NCBI GenBank assembly: GCA_964270895.1
Contig: OZ185439.1
Source: Podarcis filfolensis
Lineage: Eukaryota
Length of the DNA stretch: 64,000 bases
Direction: 5' to 3' (one strand)
The translations under genes and the position numbers were made by a program. Positions 53,401 through 64,000 of this stretch are shown in pieces; position 1 is the stretch's first letter, and each line of letters starts with the position of its first letter. Under the pieces are notes generated by a model. It was not told where the DNA came from. It did no database searches and saw only the letters and a program-made list of their open reading frames with translations.

Positions 53401-56400
53401 AGCCTCTGCATCTCTGCCCCATTTTCTCTATGCCTGACAGTCACGTGTAAAGCATTCTGCACAGACCAGTTGCTTACCAGGCATCCTGGGTACATAAAAA
53501 TAAGGAAGCAGCTTTGAAGGAGGTAGCTTTGATGTAGCTTTTGTTAATCTTTAGGTAGATCATAGGGCCAGGAACAGAATTCACATGGAGGTGGTAAAAT
53601 GCCTGCATTTCCTTTTACTGTGGGTTATTACTTCTGGGGTTTGCTAAATGCATTCCTCCTTGGTTCCTGTTTATTTAGCCTAAACATGTATGCATGCTCA
53701 TATAGTAAATAGTTCTTTGTAGTTAAGAGGCTTCCTCTGATCTGACTTTGTCCCCACGTAGGGATTTTTTGAAATGCTCAGAGGAAATCTGATTGGTTCT
53801 TACAAATGCTGTGTTAAAGTTCTTTTGTGACTAAAAACGACCTGGGCCAGGGAGTGGGATACACACTTTCTCCCAGGGTCTTGCTGGTCAAGCCTCATGT
53901 CTGTTGTATTAATCAGGGTCCAGTCCTTCCTTTGCTTTCAGAACGCAACACAATGCCAGTCTTTTTTTTTTTTTACCTGGAGCACCCAGTAAATGCTACC
54001 CCTGTACCAGAGAGAGAAAACTGATAGTAGTAGCTTAGAAGAAGCATATATGGGCATAGCTGGAGATAGCAGGGTAGTGGTGGTGGGGAATGAGCAGGCA
54101 TAGATACAGAATGATGCAATGAAGGGTTATCTTACTCGATCTCTGAAGTCGACGGTGGCTCCATGGGCCAAAAGCTTCTCTGCAATCTCCACGTACCCCT
54201 CAAGTGAGGCACGGTGCAATGCTGTCCTGCGGAACTAAGTGAAGGACAGAATTAGGGCTTCTTCACATGACATAGTGATTGAGCAGTGTTGGTGCTGACC
54301 ATTAAAGCCCTAAACAGCCTCGGTCTTGTATACCTGAAGGAGCATCTCCTCCCCCATCATCCAGCCCGGACACTGAGGTCCAGCGCTGAAGGCCTTCTGG
54401 CGGTTCCCTCACTGCAAGAAGTGAGGTTACAGGAAACCAGGCAGAGGGCCTTCTTGGTAGTGGCGCCTGCCCTGTGGAACGCCCTCCCAGCGGATGTCCA
54501 GGCAATAAACAACTATTTTACTTTTAAAAGACAAATGAAGGCGGCCCTGTTTAGGGAAGTTTTTAATGTCTGACGCTGTATTGTTTTTAATATTTGGTTG
54601 GAAGCTGCCCAGAGTAGCTGGGGAAACCCAGCCAGATGGGCGGGGTATAAATAATAAAGTATTATTATAATATTATTATTATCCTTATTTGCTTGCAGAA
54701 GCCACACACACACACACACACACACACCAATCTCTGCTGTAAGCCTTATCCCAACTGCGGAGATGGTTGGTTCTCCGAACAGGGTGATGGAATTTGAAGG
54801 CATTTCATGAAAAGAACAATCTCTGCTCCCTTCGTCATACCTCATCGCAGGCGTTTGGGGATCCCCCGTCTGCCAGGAACTTGTCCACCACATGCACTTT
54901 GCCTTGCACAGCTGCTTTCAAGAAGTCCTCTTCCGTCACAGGGCCCGTCTGCAGGGGAAAGGGTCGACGCTGCAATGGGTGTTGCAAAAGCTCTGAAAGC
55001 CCATGGCGAGGGGCTTGGACCACTTCAGAGGCTTCTTTTTTTAAACAATCAAGCGGCATATAAATTGTAGGAAATGAATCATAAAAATGAATAAAATTTC
55101 ATCACAAAGGCTTTTCCGAAAAAAGGAGCAGGGGCATCCCACGCGCATGGGATGGGGTATGCATTTCGAGAGGGCTCTGGGAGCACAATTAGCACTCTGC
55201 AGGGTGAGTGTTGGAGATCAGGGTCCTTGAGCACCTGCCCACCCCCCAGCAGGGTTTCCTCCACCACCCACAACCGCTGAAGCCCCTGGGCTCTGTGGCT
55301 GTTGCTGCTCTTCCTCCTTACTGACGATGCCAGTATGCAAGTGAGCAGGGATAAGAGCAAGGAGGAGACAGCAGGAGGCCCACCACACTCCGCCCTCTCC
55401 CTCCAGACAGCCGGGTAGATGGTGGCCAAAGGGAGAGGGCAATCAAGTGGGCAGAGGCAACAACAGCGACAGCAAAGTGGGCCCCACTCATGGGACTCCT
55501 CCCTGGGGGAAGAGCTGTTGAGCAGTAGGTGATACTGAACTAGGTGGAGCCAACAAGGCCACTCAGTACAAGGCAACTCCCTTGTACTGGAGCTATGCCA
55601 TCTTGCTTCTGCTGCTCCTGGGTGAATCTCAGGCTCTCCCTGCTGCCGCCTCCGTAGTCCGTCCCCCCCACTTATAGAAGCTCCCACCACCCCTTACAAT
55701 CTCCTCTGGCTCAGGCTCTGGTTTCTTCTCCTCTTTTTTCTTCTTAGGCTTTTTGCGCAACTCGAAGAGGTATTGTGTGCCACCAACTTGGATGATCTCT
55801 CGTCTCAGGTCCACAGAGCTCTTCCGCACCCTTTCCTGGCCCTGTGGGAAGAGAGAGATTTATAAGAAAAACTCTTGCTTAGGACTAAATCCCTGCTTTT
55901 ATTTCCCCCCTTAGCAGCAAATCCACTCTGCCCCACCCCTTTCTTGTGCTTTCCAGTTAGGGCTGGCCCAAGAGGCCCTGCCCAGAGGCGAAGGATGAGA
56001 TGGTGCCCCTCTTTCCATGTGCAGCTGCTAAGTGGATGGGAAGTTTGATCTTGCTCCCGACACAGCAGAGGAGCTTAGGAGGGGCAGGGTAGGCAATGCC
56101 ATCAACACAGCTCTGCCTTCCACTGCTTCCTGTCCAAGGCAACAATGCTCCCTTTGCCTAATGGTAAGGCCGGGCTCGGCCAGCTAATTGTAACGAAGGG
56201 CTTGCTGATCAAATGGAATATTTTTGTCTTTGTTTACTCCAGTCCTCACATTTAAAATTGGCAGTGTGATGAGCAACGTAAAGTCCTGCTGACTCATGTT
56301 GGCTTCTCCCCTTTCACTCACCAAGAGAGCAACTTCCTTTGAATGCCTGTCTGAAAGATCCTAGAAGGGGTGGGGTGGGGGGAGGTGGTTGGACTGTTCC

Positions 56401-59400
56401 AGATTCCAAGCAAGATATCCTGCTAGGCTGAGGACAGTGGAGCAGAGTTCAGCTGAGTCTGGGAACAGCAGCATTCTGCAATGGAGCCAATGGGTTCAGC
56501 CCTTTTTAATGAGAGAGCTCAGCCCTAGAGCATGCAGGAGCATATCTGAGCATATGCAGAGTGTGTTTCTTTTGTCCCTCAAAGGCATGAGAGAACTGGG
56601 TTCCCAGGCCAACTAGAGTCCCAGCTGTCTCATTATGAAATGAAACTTCCTGCAGGAAATGGAGATTATAAAAGGAATATCCACGACTTTTCTCTTACCA
56701 TGTGGGGCTTGCTGGTGGTGTGTGCAGAATTTGTACCTAATAACGGCACATGTCACCCAGAACTTCCTATGTAGCTATCAGAACATTAACTTTCCTGCTC
56801 TGGTGCCAGATCAAACGACGTTACTTTTATGTACTGTTTTACTATATTACCGTGTTGGGTTTATTTTTAGTACTGCAATGAAAAAAACACTCAGCGTAGC
56901 TTGTGCCCTGCCAAGCTGCATGCTGGCCGTCCATCGATCTTGAATGACAGCCCATTGGGGCTCTGTAAATCTCCTGGCTTGGCTGCCTGTCAGGGAACTG
57001 CAGAAATCGAGGAGGGGGGCTGTCAAGCACCTGGTGGGCAGGCTGCAATATATGGCTGATGGTCTGACTTGAGCTCGAAGGAACCCAAGTCTTACTGATA
57101 CAGAGATTTATGGAAGGACCATAGCTCGGTGGAAGGGTGTTTTGCTTTGCACCCAGAAAGCCCCAGTTCAATGCCTGGCCTCTCTAGGTAGGGCTGGGAG
57201 AGATTCATCCTCTCTGAAATCCTGGAGAGCCTCTGCTAGTCAGTGTAGACCAGACATAGGCAAACTCAGCCCTCCAGATGTTTTGGGACTACAACTCCCA
57301 TGATCTCTAGCTAACAGGACCAGTGGTCAGGGATGATGGGAATTACTCCCAAAATATCTGGAGGGCCGAGTTTGCCTATGCCTGGTGTAGACAGTACTGA
57401 TAGGCCAATAGAGGCTGGATCTGCAGTTCCTGCTTCCCAAGGCGGTCACCCGCTTTTACCTCACGGATGGGCCAGCACTGGCTAGAGTCAGGATAGGGGC
57501 CTTGTACCTGGGAAGGCTATTATTATCAGTGCTTTTTCCCGGGGGGGACGCAGGGGCACACATACCCCTAAACATTTTGTGAATCTAACTTTGGCCTCAT
57601 TGAGAGGCAGTATTTCAATATGAGTAGGAAAATGAGAGTACCCCTAAATATTTTCTTTTAGGAAAAAAACACCACTGATTATCACACCAATATTAAGGAA
57701 CGGTGGAAGTATTTAGCCGCTAGAGGGCAGAAAAGGCACTTGGGAATTCATCTGGAATGTACGCCCAGGGAAAGGAAGAGAGACCATAAGGAGGCATACT
57801 CCATAATGGGTCTTTCCTGACTGCGTATTACCTGTTAGTATTGTTTTATTCCACCTTTCCCCCAAGGAGCTGAGGCTGTCTCTTTCCATCCCACCTTATC
57901 CTCACAAGAGCCCTGTGAGGAGGCAGATTAGACTCAGAGTGAGTGACTGCCAAAGAGTCACCCAGTGAGCTAAGCGGGGATTTGAACCCAGGCCTCACCC
58001 AATCTTGGTGCTTTACTCTAACCATTACACTACACTGGAAAGGCCGTTAACATGACATAGCTTATAATGCCAGGAAAGACAACTTAAGACGCTTCCACTA
58101 GATCCTTGTGACTACTGGATTGATAGATCCTGGATGATACCCCCAGGAGTATTATAAATTCATACATTATAAAGCTTTGTGCCTGACAGAGTAGGATACA
58201 AGAGCCTCACTAAGGACCGCAGCCTCTCTCACCTTAAGCCCCTCAAGACCTTTGTTGAGAGGCCCGTGCTTCTTCTCATCCTCCAGAAGTGGGGTATCTA
58301 GCCGGGCCACGACTGGTGGTTCTGCAGGGGGGCAGGAACGATGTTTCTGGGTGAAGCAAACAGGAGACAGGAAAAGCATTGCAACATCCCACACCTCTTT
58401 TCTTTTGACCGTGTAGTGAGCTGTGGCTTCTCTTTCCATACATTTTTTAAAATTAGACGTATTCTATGATCACAATGATAAGCAGACTGGTTTTCATGAG
58501 AGACCCTTTTCCTGAAAATTGCTGTCAGCCTCAAAATGGTCTCTCCCAGAGCCATCCATGTTCCATATCAGTCTCTTTTGAGGCCCTAGAGCAGGGATGT
58601 CCAACAGGTCGATCGCGATTTACTGGTCGATCGTGGGGGGGGGGTGTCCCATGGTCGATTGCGGTTGATCACATGATCCTCCCCCCCAAAAAAAAACACA
58701 GTTCAACAACTTTGGCTTCAACAACTTTGGTAAATCAAATGGGTAGATCACTGCCAGTTTTTTTACAGTGGGAGTAGATCGCAGTCTCTAGAAAGTTGGA
58801 CATGCCTGCCCTATCATTCAGTGTTATCCTTATTTCCCTCTTCCTCTCCCCATGATCTCTGGTGGGGCATCTCTCAGAAGCTGCCCAGAATAACCACTGC
58901 ATAATTACTAGGCTGCCCACAACAAATTGTCTAAAGCACATGAAATAAATGCAACCAAATAAATAAGCCACTCTTCAAGTGAGCTTTGTTTAAAACTTGC
59001 TATTTAGGTTTTCAAACCTTTTTTGTAAATTCAGTATTAGAAACTGTACTTTTGAGTCCTCAGTCCTTTATTACTGCACTTTATTTTACCTAGGTCGAGC
59101 TAGGATTATTTGTTTTGTGGAATTTCTCAGTTCCGTGACTGTCTTTTTTCTATTACATTTTCTTTTGGGGCAGTGATAGCAGCGCCAGCCTTAAACATCC
59201 CTTCCTCGAACAGTCAAAATGGTGACCCCCTTTCCAATATATTAGTTGCTAATTACATGGAAAGGAGGTTACAGGAAATAAATTGGCTGCTTCGAAACAA
59301 CCATTGCACACCACTTCATAGTAAAGCTGTCCCATCTCCTGTGGTTGGCAAGAACATGAGATCCTTCTCCCTCCCGTGGATATCCATGAATCCAGGCCCC

Positions 59401-59549
59401 ATCCAGTACAGCCACTGGGTCTGCCTCCTGAGTGCCAGGAATGCATCCCCAAGACTCACCTGTTCTTCCTCTTCCTCCAGTGCCAGCTTCTGTTCAATCA
59501 GGTCTGTTGCCCATTTCACCCCCTGGTCCACAGCCGTCTTCTCTGCCAT
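50405..59549 (-). CDS. ANKRD2: Ankyrin repeat domain-containing protein 2 (muscle ankyrin repeat protein, Arpp); exons 59549-59460, 58346-58233, 55841-55698, 54948-54841, 54234-54136, 53137-53039, 52736-52638, 51818-51720, 50503-50405; 316 aa
   Basis: [39 protein letters not shown], basic NLS, four 99-nt phase-0 ankyrin exons ([44 protein letters not shown]) and last exon [17 protein letters not shown], which is diagnostic versus ANKRD1/ANKRD23. Syntenic with HOGA1. Confidence 0.95.
50964..51099. mobile_element. hAT-type palindromic MITE, same family as the 57251 copy
   Basis: caggcataggcaaac...gtttgcctatgcc, internal gggactacaactcccatcatccc palindrome, imperfect cacaaac flank duplication. 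Confidence 0.85.
51147..51500 (-). mobile_element. Sauria SINE, full length
   Basis: Reverse-complement copy. TSD gaagcagatgta at 51135-51146 and 51501-51512. Lies in ANKRD2 intron 8. Confidence 0.92.
51522..51669. mobile_element. Penelope-like retroelement remnant with a long inverted repeat
   Basis: 12-bp TSD gtactttgcatt (51510-51521, 51670-51681) and 37-bp perfect inverted arms. The motif ggtctctaaggtgctactggac resembles reptile Penelope pseudo-LTR ends (from recall). Confidence 0.6.
52512..52589. repeat. 34-bp perfect direct repeat separated by 10 bp
   Basis: tactgcctagactcacattaagtttctggaatta at 52512-52545 and 52556-52589. Confidence 0.9.
54284..54681 (+). mobile_element. L2 LINE 3' fragment
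   Basis: ORF 54286-54573 ([46 protein letters not shown]) is an L2 ORF2 C-terminus, followed by a (TAT)n tail. Lies in ANKRD2 intron 4. Confidence 0.9.
57112..57415 (+). mobile_element. tRNA-derived SINE interrupted by the hAT MITE
   Basis: A-box atagctcggtgg and B-like agttcaatgcc. An uninterrupted relative lies at 62755-62918 (-). Confidence 0.7.
57251..57384. mobile_element. hAT-type palindromic MITE (about 135 bp)
   Basis: TIR cag(a/g)cataggcaaac with a perfect 8-bp TSD gtgtagac (57243-57250, 57385-57392). Confidence 0.9.
57527..57677. mobile_element. MITE, class uncertain
   Basis: Ends cagtgcttttt / aaaaaacaccactg, flanked by attat on both sides, with an internal tacccctaaa repeat. 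Confidence 0.5.
58592..58808. mobile_element. hAT-type MITE
   Basis: TIR cagggatgtccaac / gttggacatgcctg; flanks ccctagag / ccctatca. Confidence 0.7.
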
Positions 59550-59612
59550 TATCCTGGAGTTGTGAGTCCTCCCCAACACTCCCCCTGATCCTGGTTCTGC
59601 TCTCTTCCCAAG

Positions 59613-59619
59613 CTTTATG
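59613..59619 (-). promoter_or_regulatory. TATA-like box (CATAAAG) of ANKRD2
   Basis: The minus strand reads gcataaagc about 65 nt upstream of the ATG. E-boxes lie further upstream (59763-59768, 59938-59943). Confidence 0.45.
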
Positions 59620-60255
59620 CAGGACTCTGTGGACCTGCTCCTGTCCGCTCGCAGCCGCTGACTTAAAAGACCTGATGTGCGTCCTGCCCAAGTGACCCTG
59701 TTCACATTCCCCACCCCAAAGGCCTTTGCCGTGAGCTCAGCTTGTCGCAATCTCTCCTTTTCCAACTGCACACAGCTCACCTTCCTAAAAACGACCCATT
59801 AGTAGCCAGACACCCCCTCCCAATTGGGAGGTGAGCACTGAGTTTCCCGCTTGACTCCTGGGGAAGATTTGTCCATTCCATATAGGCTGATGTCCTTCTC
59901 CTGGATACACTGGGGACAGGGATTGTGGCTCTCTGCCCAGCTGCAAGCTTCCCGAGTTGTCCTATGAGTCACTCCTGGGAGATTTGTATTGTCATGCGCA
60001 CATGCATCCCAGAAACTCCACATACACATGGAGTTTCCAAAAGTGGTGGTCCCTGCACAGAGCTGCCGATCATAATTTCAAAAGCTGTAGCATCTGAAAT
60101 ATGGCCATAATAAAACCTTCAGGTTGGGAGGGATCTCCAAAGTTCCTCTAGTTCAGCCACCTGTCAATGCAGGAAAACCACTCCAGCAACATCCCTGAAA
60201 ATCCAGCCACTGCTTTAAAACTTCTAGCAGAGGCGAGTCCACCACCTTTGGTTCA

Positions 60256-60455
60256 GTGTGGCATAATGGTTAGAGTGTTGGACTGGGACTTAGGAGGACA
60301 GGGTTCAAATCCCTGCTCAGCCATGAAGCTCACTGGGTGAACCTGGGCCAGTCACCATCTCTTAGCCTAACCTACTTCACAGGGTTGTGGTGGGGATGAG
60401 AACCATGTACACCCCCTTGAAATCCCTGGAAGATAAAGGTATACAAATGTAATAA
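60256..60455 (+). mobile_element. tRNA-derived SINE (MIR/CORE-like squamate family)
   Basis: A-box tggcataatggttag, B-box ggttcaaatccc, core ctcactgggtgaacctgggccagtca. Related copies lie at 34257-34462 (+), 57841-58038 (-) and about 8690-8845 (-). Confidence 0.75.
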
Positions 60456-62549
60456 ATGATAAATATTCCAGTGTGAAAATTAGTGGTATCCATCCTGCAA
60501 TGACTATGAGCTTCTGGAATCAAGGACAACTCCTTTTTTAAAGTGCTACCTGGGAATAGAGGTATCTGAATTTATCAATACATTTTGTAAACTGGCCTTT
60601 CTCCCCACTCCCTCCCCAGTGCTTTGTATTTTGATAAGTGAATGTTTGTTGTAACTTGTAGGTCACTTTGGGCATAGCTCATTGTGTGAAGGCAGCAGGT
60701 AAATCAACTAAGTCAACCAACCAACCTTCTTCTAAAAGGCTTCCATCACTAAGCCTTAGGGGCTGCTGCTCCCCCAGCATAGAACTCCTGCCTCTGTGAT
60801 GAGACACATGATACCCGCAGGGCATTTTTGCCCTCTGCTGTGGGTGCCAAAATCTCCAGAGGGGCCTGCTCAGGAGGGCACTAGCCCAAGCCACTGGGCT
60901 CTGCCAGGAAACAGTTTACCAACCTGCCAAGCAGCTAACATAGGCACAAAGCCTGGAACAGAAAGTGTAGTGGAACAGGATGAATAACATCGGGTGAACT
61001 GGGGAGGGTGGGGGCAGGTGAGAGGACACCAGGAAGGGATGAGCTGGAAGTTATTTATGGCAACAGACACACCAGTCTATCCCTCTCAGTCTCATAGCCC
61101 CCAATTGTACCGTGACAGCAGTGCTACTTAAGTCGTTCCTGAGCTCCAGGGTGCTCTTCTGCACAACAGGATGGAGATAACATCCCATTTCCCAATAACC
61201 AGTCTGAGAATTAATGACGTGGGACACCTTCCAAGCCTGCAAGGCAGCTTCCGAGGTGATAAGAGGCCAGGATGAGCCACAGCAGTCAAGCAGCAGGGAG
61301 GAGGACCTTCCAAATATATCCTGGGCCATCTTACAAATCCGTGGGTGCTCTTTTTGTCACCAGCCCTGTTTCATTAGACAGTCCTGACCCCAAACCAACC
61401 TATAAGGAGAGCAAGTATGCATATTATTTTAGTCACACATTGTTTTTAAAGAATGGCAGCTGCACGAGTGCCACGGAACAAAACCAATGTATGAATCTGA
61501 TGGGAACTGATGGTCGCTTAATAACTAGATGTGGATGCTGGTTCACATGAAATCTTGCACGCTGCTTTGGAGAAATTGGCAAGTACTGGTATTGAGGCAT
61601 GCTTTCTCTGGCAGTGAAGGGAGAACATAGCCGCCAGGGCTACTGGCTATAATAGTCTCATCTACGAATTTGTCTAATCCTCTTCCAAAGCCATTCGTGT
61701 TGGTGGCCATCACTACCTCTGCCTTTGAATAACAGGGGGGATTTGGGGTTCCTTGCTGTTCCTATTTTTATTATGCATTCTGTATTCTTTATATTTATGT
61801 TGAGACCTGCAGGTATAGGGCAGTATACAAATAATAACAATGAAGATTATGATGATGTAAATTGTCCTGGGATTTACAGATTATAGTAATAATAGTATTA
61901 AATAGTAATGCAGCAGACCACATGTGTAAATGTTCAGAAGCAGTGCTGTACACATGTCATGTGAACTGCTGAGCACTTCTGTCCGTGCTTGACCTTCCAT
62001 CAAGCAGAGATTGTCCAAGTGGATCTTCCACACGGATTCTGCTCTTTTCATTTCCCTTGCCCTCCCCTCTCCTTTGTGCTTTGCAGGTGGGCAATTAGCA
62101 CCTGTACACAGAGGGTGTGCATCCTTTTTAAAAACAGAAATACCACTGTAGCAATAAGATAAGCTTAAGACGCGTTAGTGGTACCATTTTTCAATGTATT
62201 CGTCTGGTGTGTTGTCTCAAAAACCTCTTGACTAGATGTGGCCAGAGAACTTGGATCAGAAGGCCAAGCCAGACCTTACAAGGGGAGCCTGGGGGCTCCC
62301 AACCCACGTTTCCCTCCCCTTGCTAAAGGCACAAACCTTCGCTGCCTGGTCCTCTTCTGTGCAGGCAGTGTCTATTTCTCCCCTTTCCAGCCAGACTGTG
62401 AAAAGGGAAACAAGACCGGCTGAAGGTAAGAAAAAGGCCTGGAACGGAGAAGTACAGGAGGAAATAAGCAGCCATTCCTCTCATCTGCAGAGGGTTCCTC
62501 ACATGTTGCATCAGCCCCCCCATTTTTGTTATTGTGGCCACTGTGTAGT

Positions 62550-62627
62550 TCACAGAATCACAGAATAGTAAGTTAGAAGGGACCCTGAGGGCCATCTAAT
62601 CCATCCCCCTCTCTGCAATGCAGGAAT
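62550..62627 (-). mobile_element. CR1 LINE extreme 3' end
   Basis: cacagaatcacagaat tail plus gaagggaccctgagggccatct. Other CR1 scraps lie at about 60110-60250, 61640-61715, 34570-34650 and 32615-32690. Confidence 0.7.
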
Positions 62628-62754
62628 CCTATCCACAGCTATCCCTGGGTAGCCTTGAACACCAACCTTCTGGTTAACAGCTACATTACTCCAGGCAACT
62701 TCTAGTTCCACATTGAAATTTGAGATTTCACTTGAGTTTCAGATTCCTAGAGAG

Positions 62755-62918
62755 ACAGGAAGCCTTATACTGAGACAGACCGTTGGTCTACTTCACTTAG
62801 CCTTGTCTACACTGACAGGCTCTCCACGGCTTCAGGAAGTAATCCCTCCCAGCCCCACTTGGGGTTAATCCTGGGACCTTCCGCATGAAGGCAATTGCTC
62901 TACCACTGAGCGACAGCC
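62755..62918 (-). mobile_element. tRNA-derived SINE, same family as the 57112 copy
   Basis: The minus strand reads ggctgtcgctcagtggtagag...gagagcctgtcagtgtagac. Confidence 0.65.
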
Positions 62919-63139
62919 TTTCCTACCTGGTTTGCCTCATGCAAATTGCCCACTGCCCTTCTGGAGATGCTCAGGCATTGCATTGCAAAGGTCAGCCTGA
63001 CAACCTCTTCCTTCAAAAGCAAATCCAGCATACCAAGTTCATAAGGCCGGTTCTTTAAGTCGTTTGACGCTTGCAGAAAGCGAAGGCACCCAAAGCAAGT
63101 TCCCGGCTGAAATCAGGCTCCAGGCTAGTTGGAAAAGGC

Positions 63140-63145
63140 TTTATT
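63140..63145 (-). terminator. AATAAA candidate polyadenylation signal of UBTD1
   Basis: tttatt on + about 740 nt past the stop codon. Confidence 0.55.
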
Positions 63146-63880
63146 GATAAATTACACTAATACCTATACATACAAACCATCTTCCCCCGTATCGCACCTT
63201 ATCTGGTTGAGGGGCTGCCCATAAAACCAGGATGAGCAGCAGCTGCCTCGCTGGGCTCATCCCATGAAATTGTGCAAAGAGGGCCAACCGCAGCGTTACT
63301 CAAGGTCTCATTCAGTGGCCTGGAAATGGGGAGCCAGAACCGGCAGGGTCTTCTGACCCACGCAGTGCAGCCCTGGGCCTAGCCTGGTCCCTTATGTGAG
63401 GGACGCTTTGGTCTCCAGCTTCTCAGTGCCCAAACGACAAGAGCTGTGCCCAGGAGACAGCGTCCACAATCCGTCATATAGGCTCAAGTGCAGGCAGCTC
63501 AGCCCAGACTGGAGCTGAGCAAGGGGGGTGGGGAGAGGCATGTGTTTCGGTGCCAGCCGAGCCCAGAGCCTGGATAATTTGGGAGGAGCGGGGAGGTCCC
63601 ATCCTTGGGGTTCTGGGAAGTTTTAAAAAATTGGCCCCAAAGGGCCCCGAGAGACAAACCATGGGGATAAACCACTTTCAATGTTGCCCATCTGCGCTGT
63701 CAACTCAGTCTGCTGCCTCTTGCAGTGAGTGAGTGTGTGCAATTTCTCAGGGGCCGCTGGGGAACCTTCCGGCCCTGGTTCCGAGGGCGCCACCTGCTGG
63801 CCCTCCCCAGGCACAAGAGCAGCCTCCTGCAATCTCAGTCCCTGGGTTGAAGGCCGGGCGCCGCACCACCCGCCTCCAGC

Positions 63881-64000
63881 TCAGTTCCTCGGTGCAGGCG
63901 GCTGGTTGATGATGACTTGGATGACAAAGTCCTTCTGGATCTTGGTCTCCTGCAGGCGGCTCCTGTCCGTCAGGAGCTTGCCCGAGAAAAACCAGCGCTG
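63881..64000 (-). CDS. UBTD1: Ubiquitin domain-containing protein 1, 3' part of the last coding exon (gene continues beyond the window)
   Basis: The minus strand reads [39 protein letters not shown], the C-terminal ubiquitin-like domain of UBTD1/2. Synteny with ANKRD2 favours UBTD1. Too short to appear in the ORF track. Confidence 0.9.
   Translation of the reverse strand, partial: QRWFFSGKLLTDRSRLQETKIQKDFVIQVIINQPPAPRN

Noticed and set aside
55079-55690. 203-aa minus-strand ORF in ANKRD2 intron 3
   Set aside because: Intronic, with no splice-compatible link or domain, and Cys/Leu-rich random composition.

Overview
Vertebrate genomic DNA, not prokaryotic. The repeat content (Sauria SINEs with an ACCTTT tail, CR1, L2, Penelope-type, hAT and Tc1/mariner MITEs) points to a squamate, most likely a lacertid lizard. 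Seven protein-coding genes were reconstructed by hand. All introns are GT-AG and all phases are consistent. Left to right: MARVELD1 (-, single coding exon, 174 aa), AVPI1 (+, 2 coding exons, 161 aa), PI4K2A (-, 9 exons, 482 aa), MORN4 (+, 4 coding exons, 146 aa), HOGA1 (-, 7 exons, 342 aa), ANKRD2 (-, 9 exons, 316 aa) and the truncated last coding exon of UBTD1 (-). From recall, this is the human 10q24 gene order in reverse. Most other ORFs in the track are spurious or TE-derived. No new multi-gene system is evident. The best second-look items are: a shared bidirectional poly(A) palindrome between AVPI1 and PI4K2A; a candidate 15-nt in-frame microexon in PI4K2A intron 1; a near-perfect RFX X-box at the MORN4 promoter; a Penelope-derived 37-bp perfect hairpin with a 12-bp TSD in ANKRD2 intron 8; two nested TE insertions that give a relative chronology; and unexplained minus-strand splice signals.
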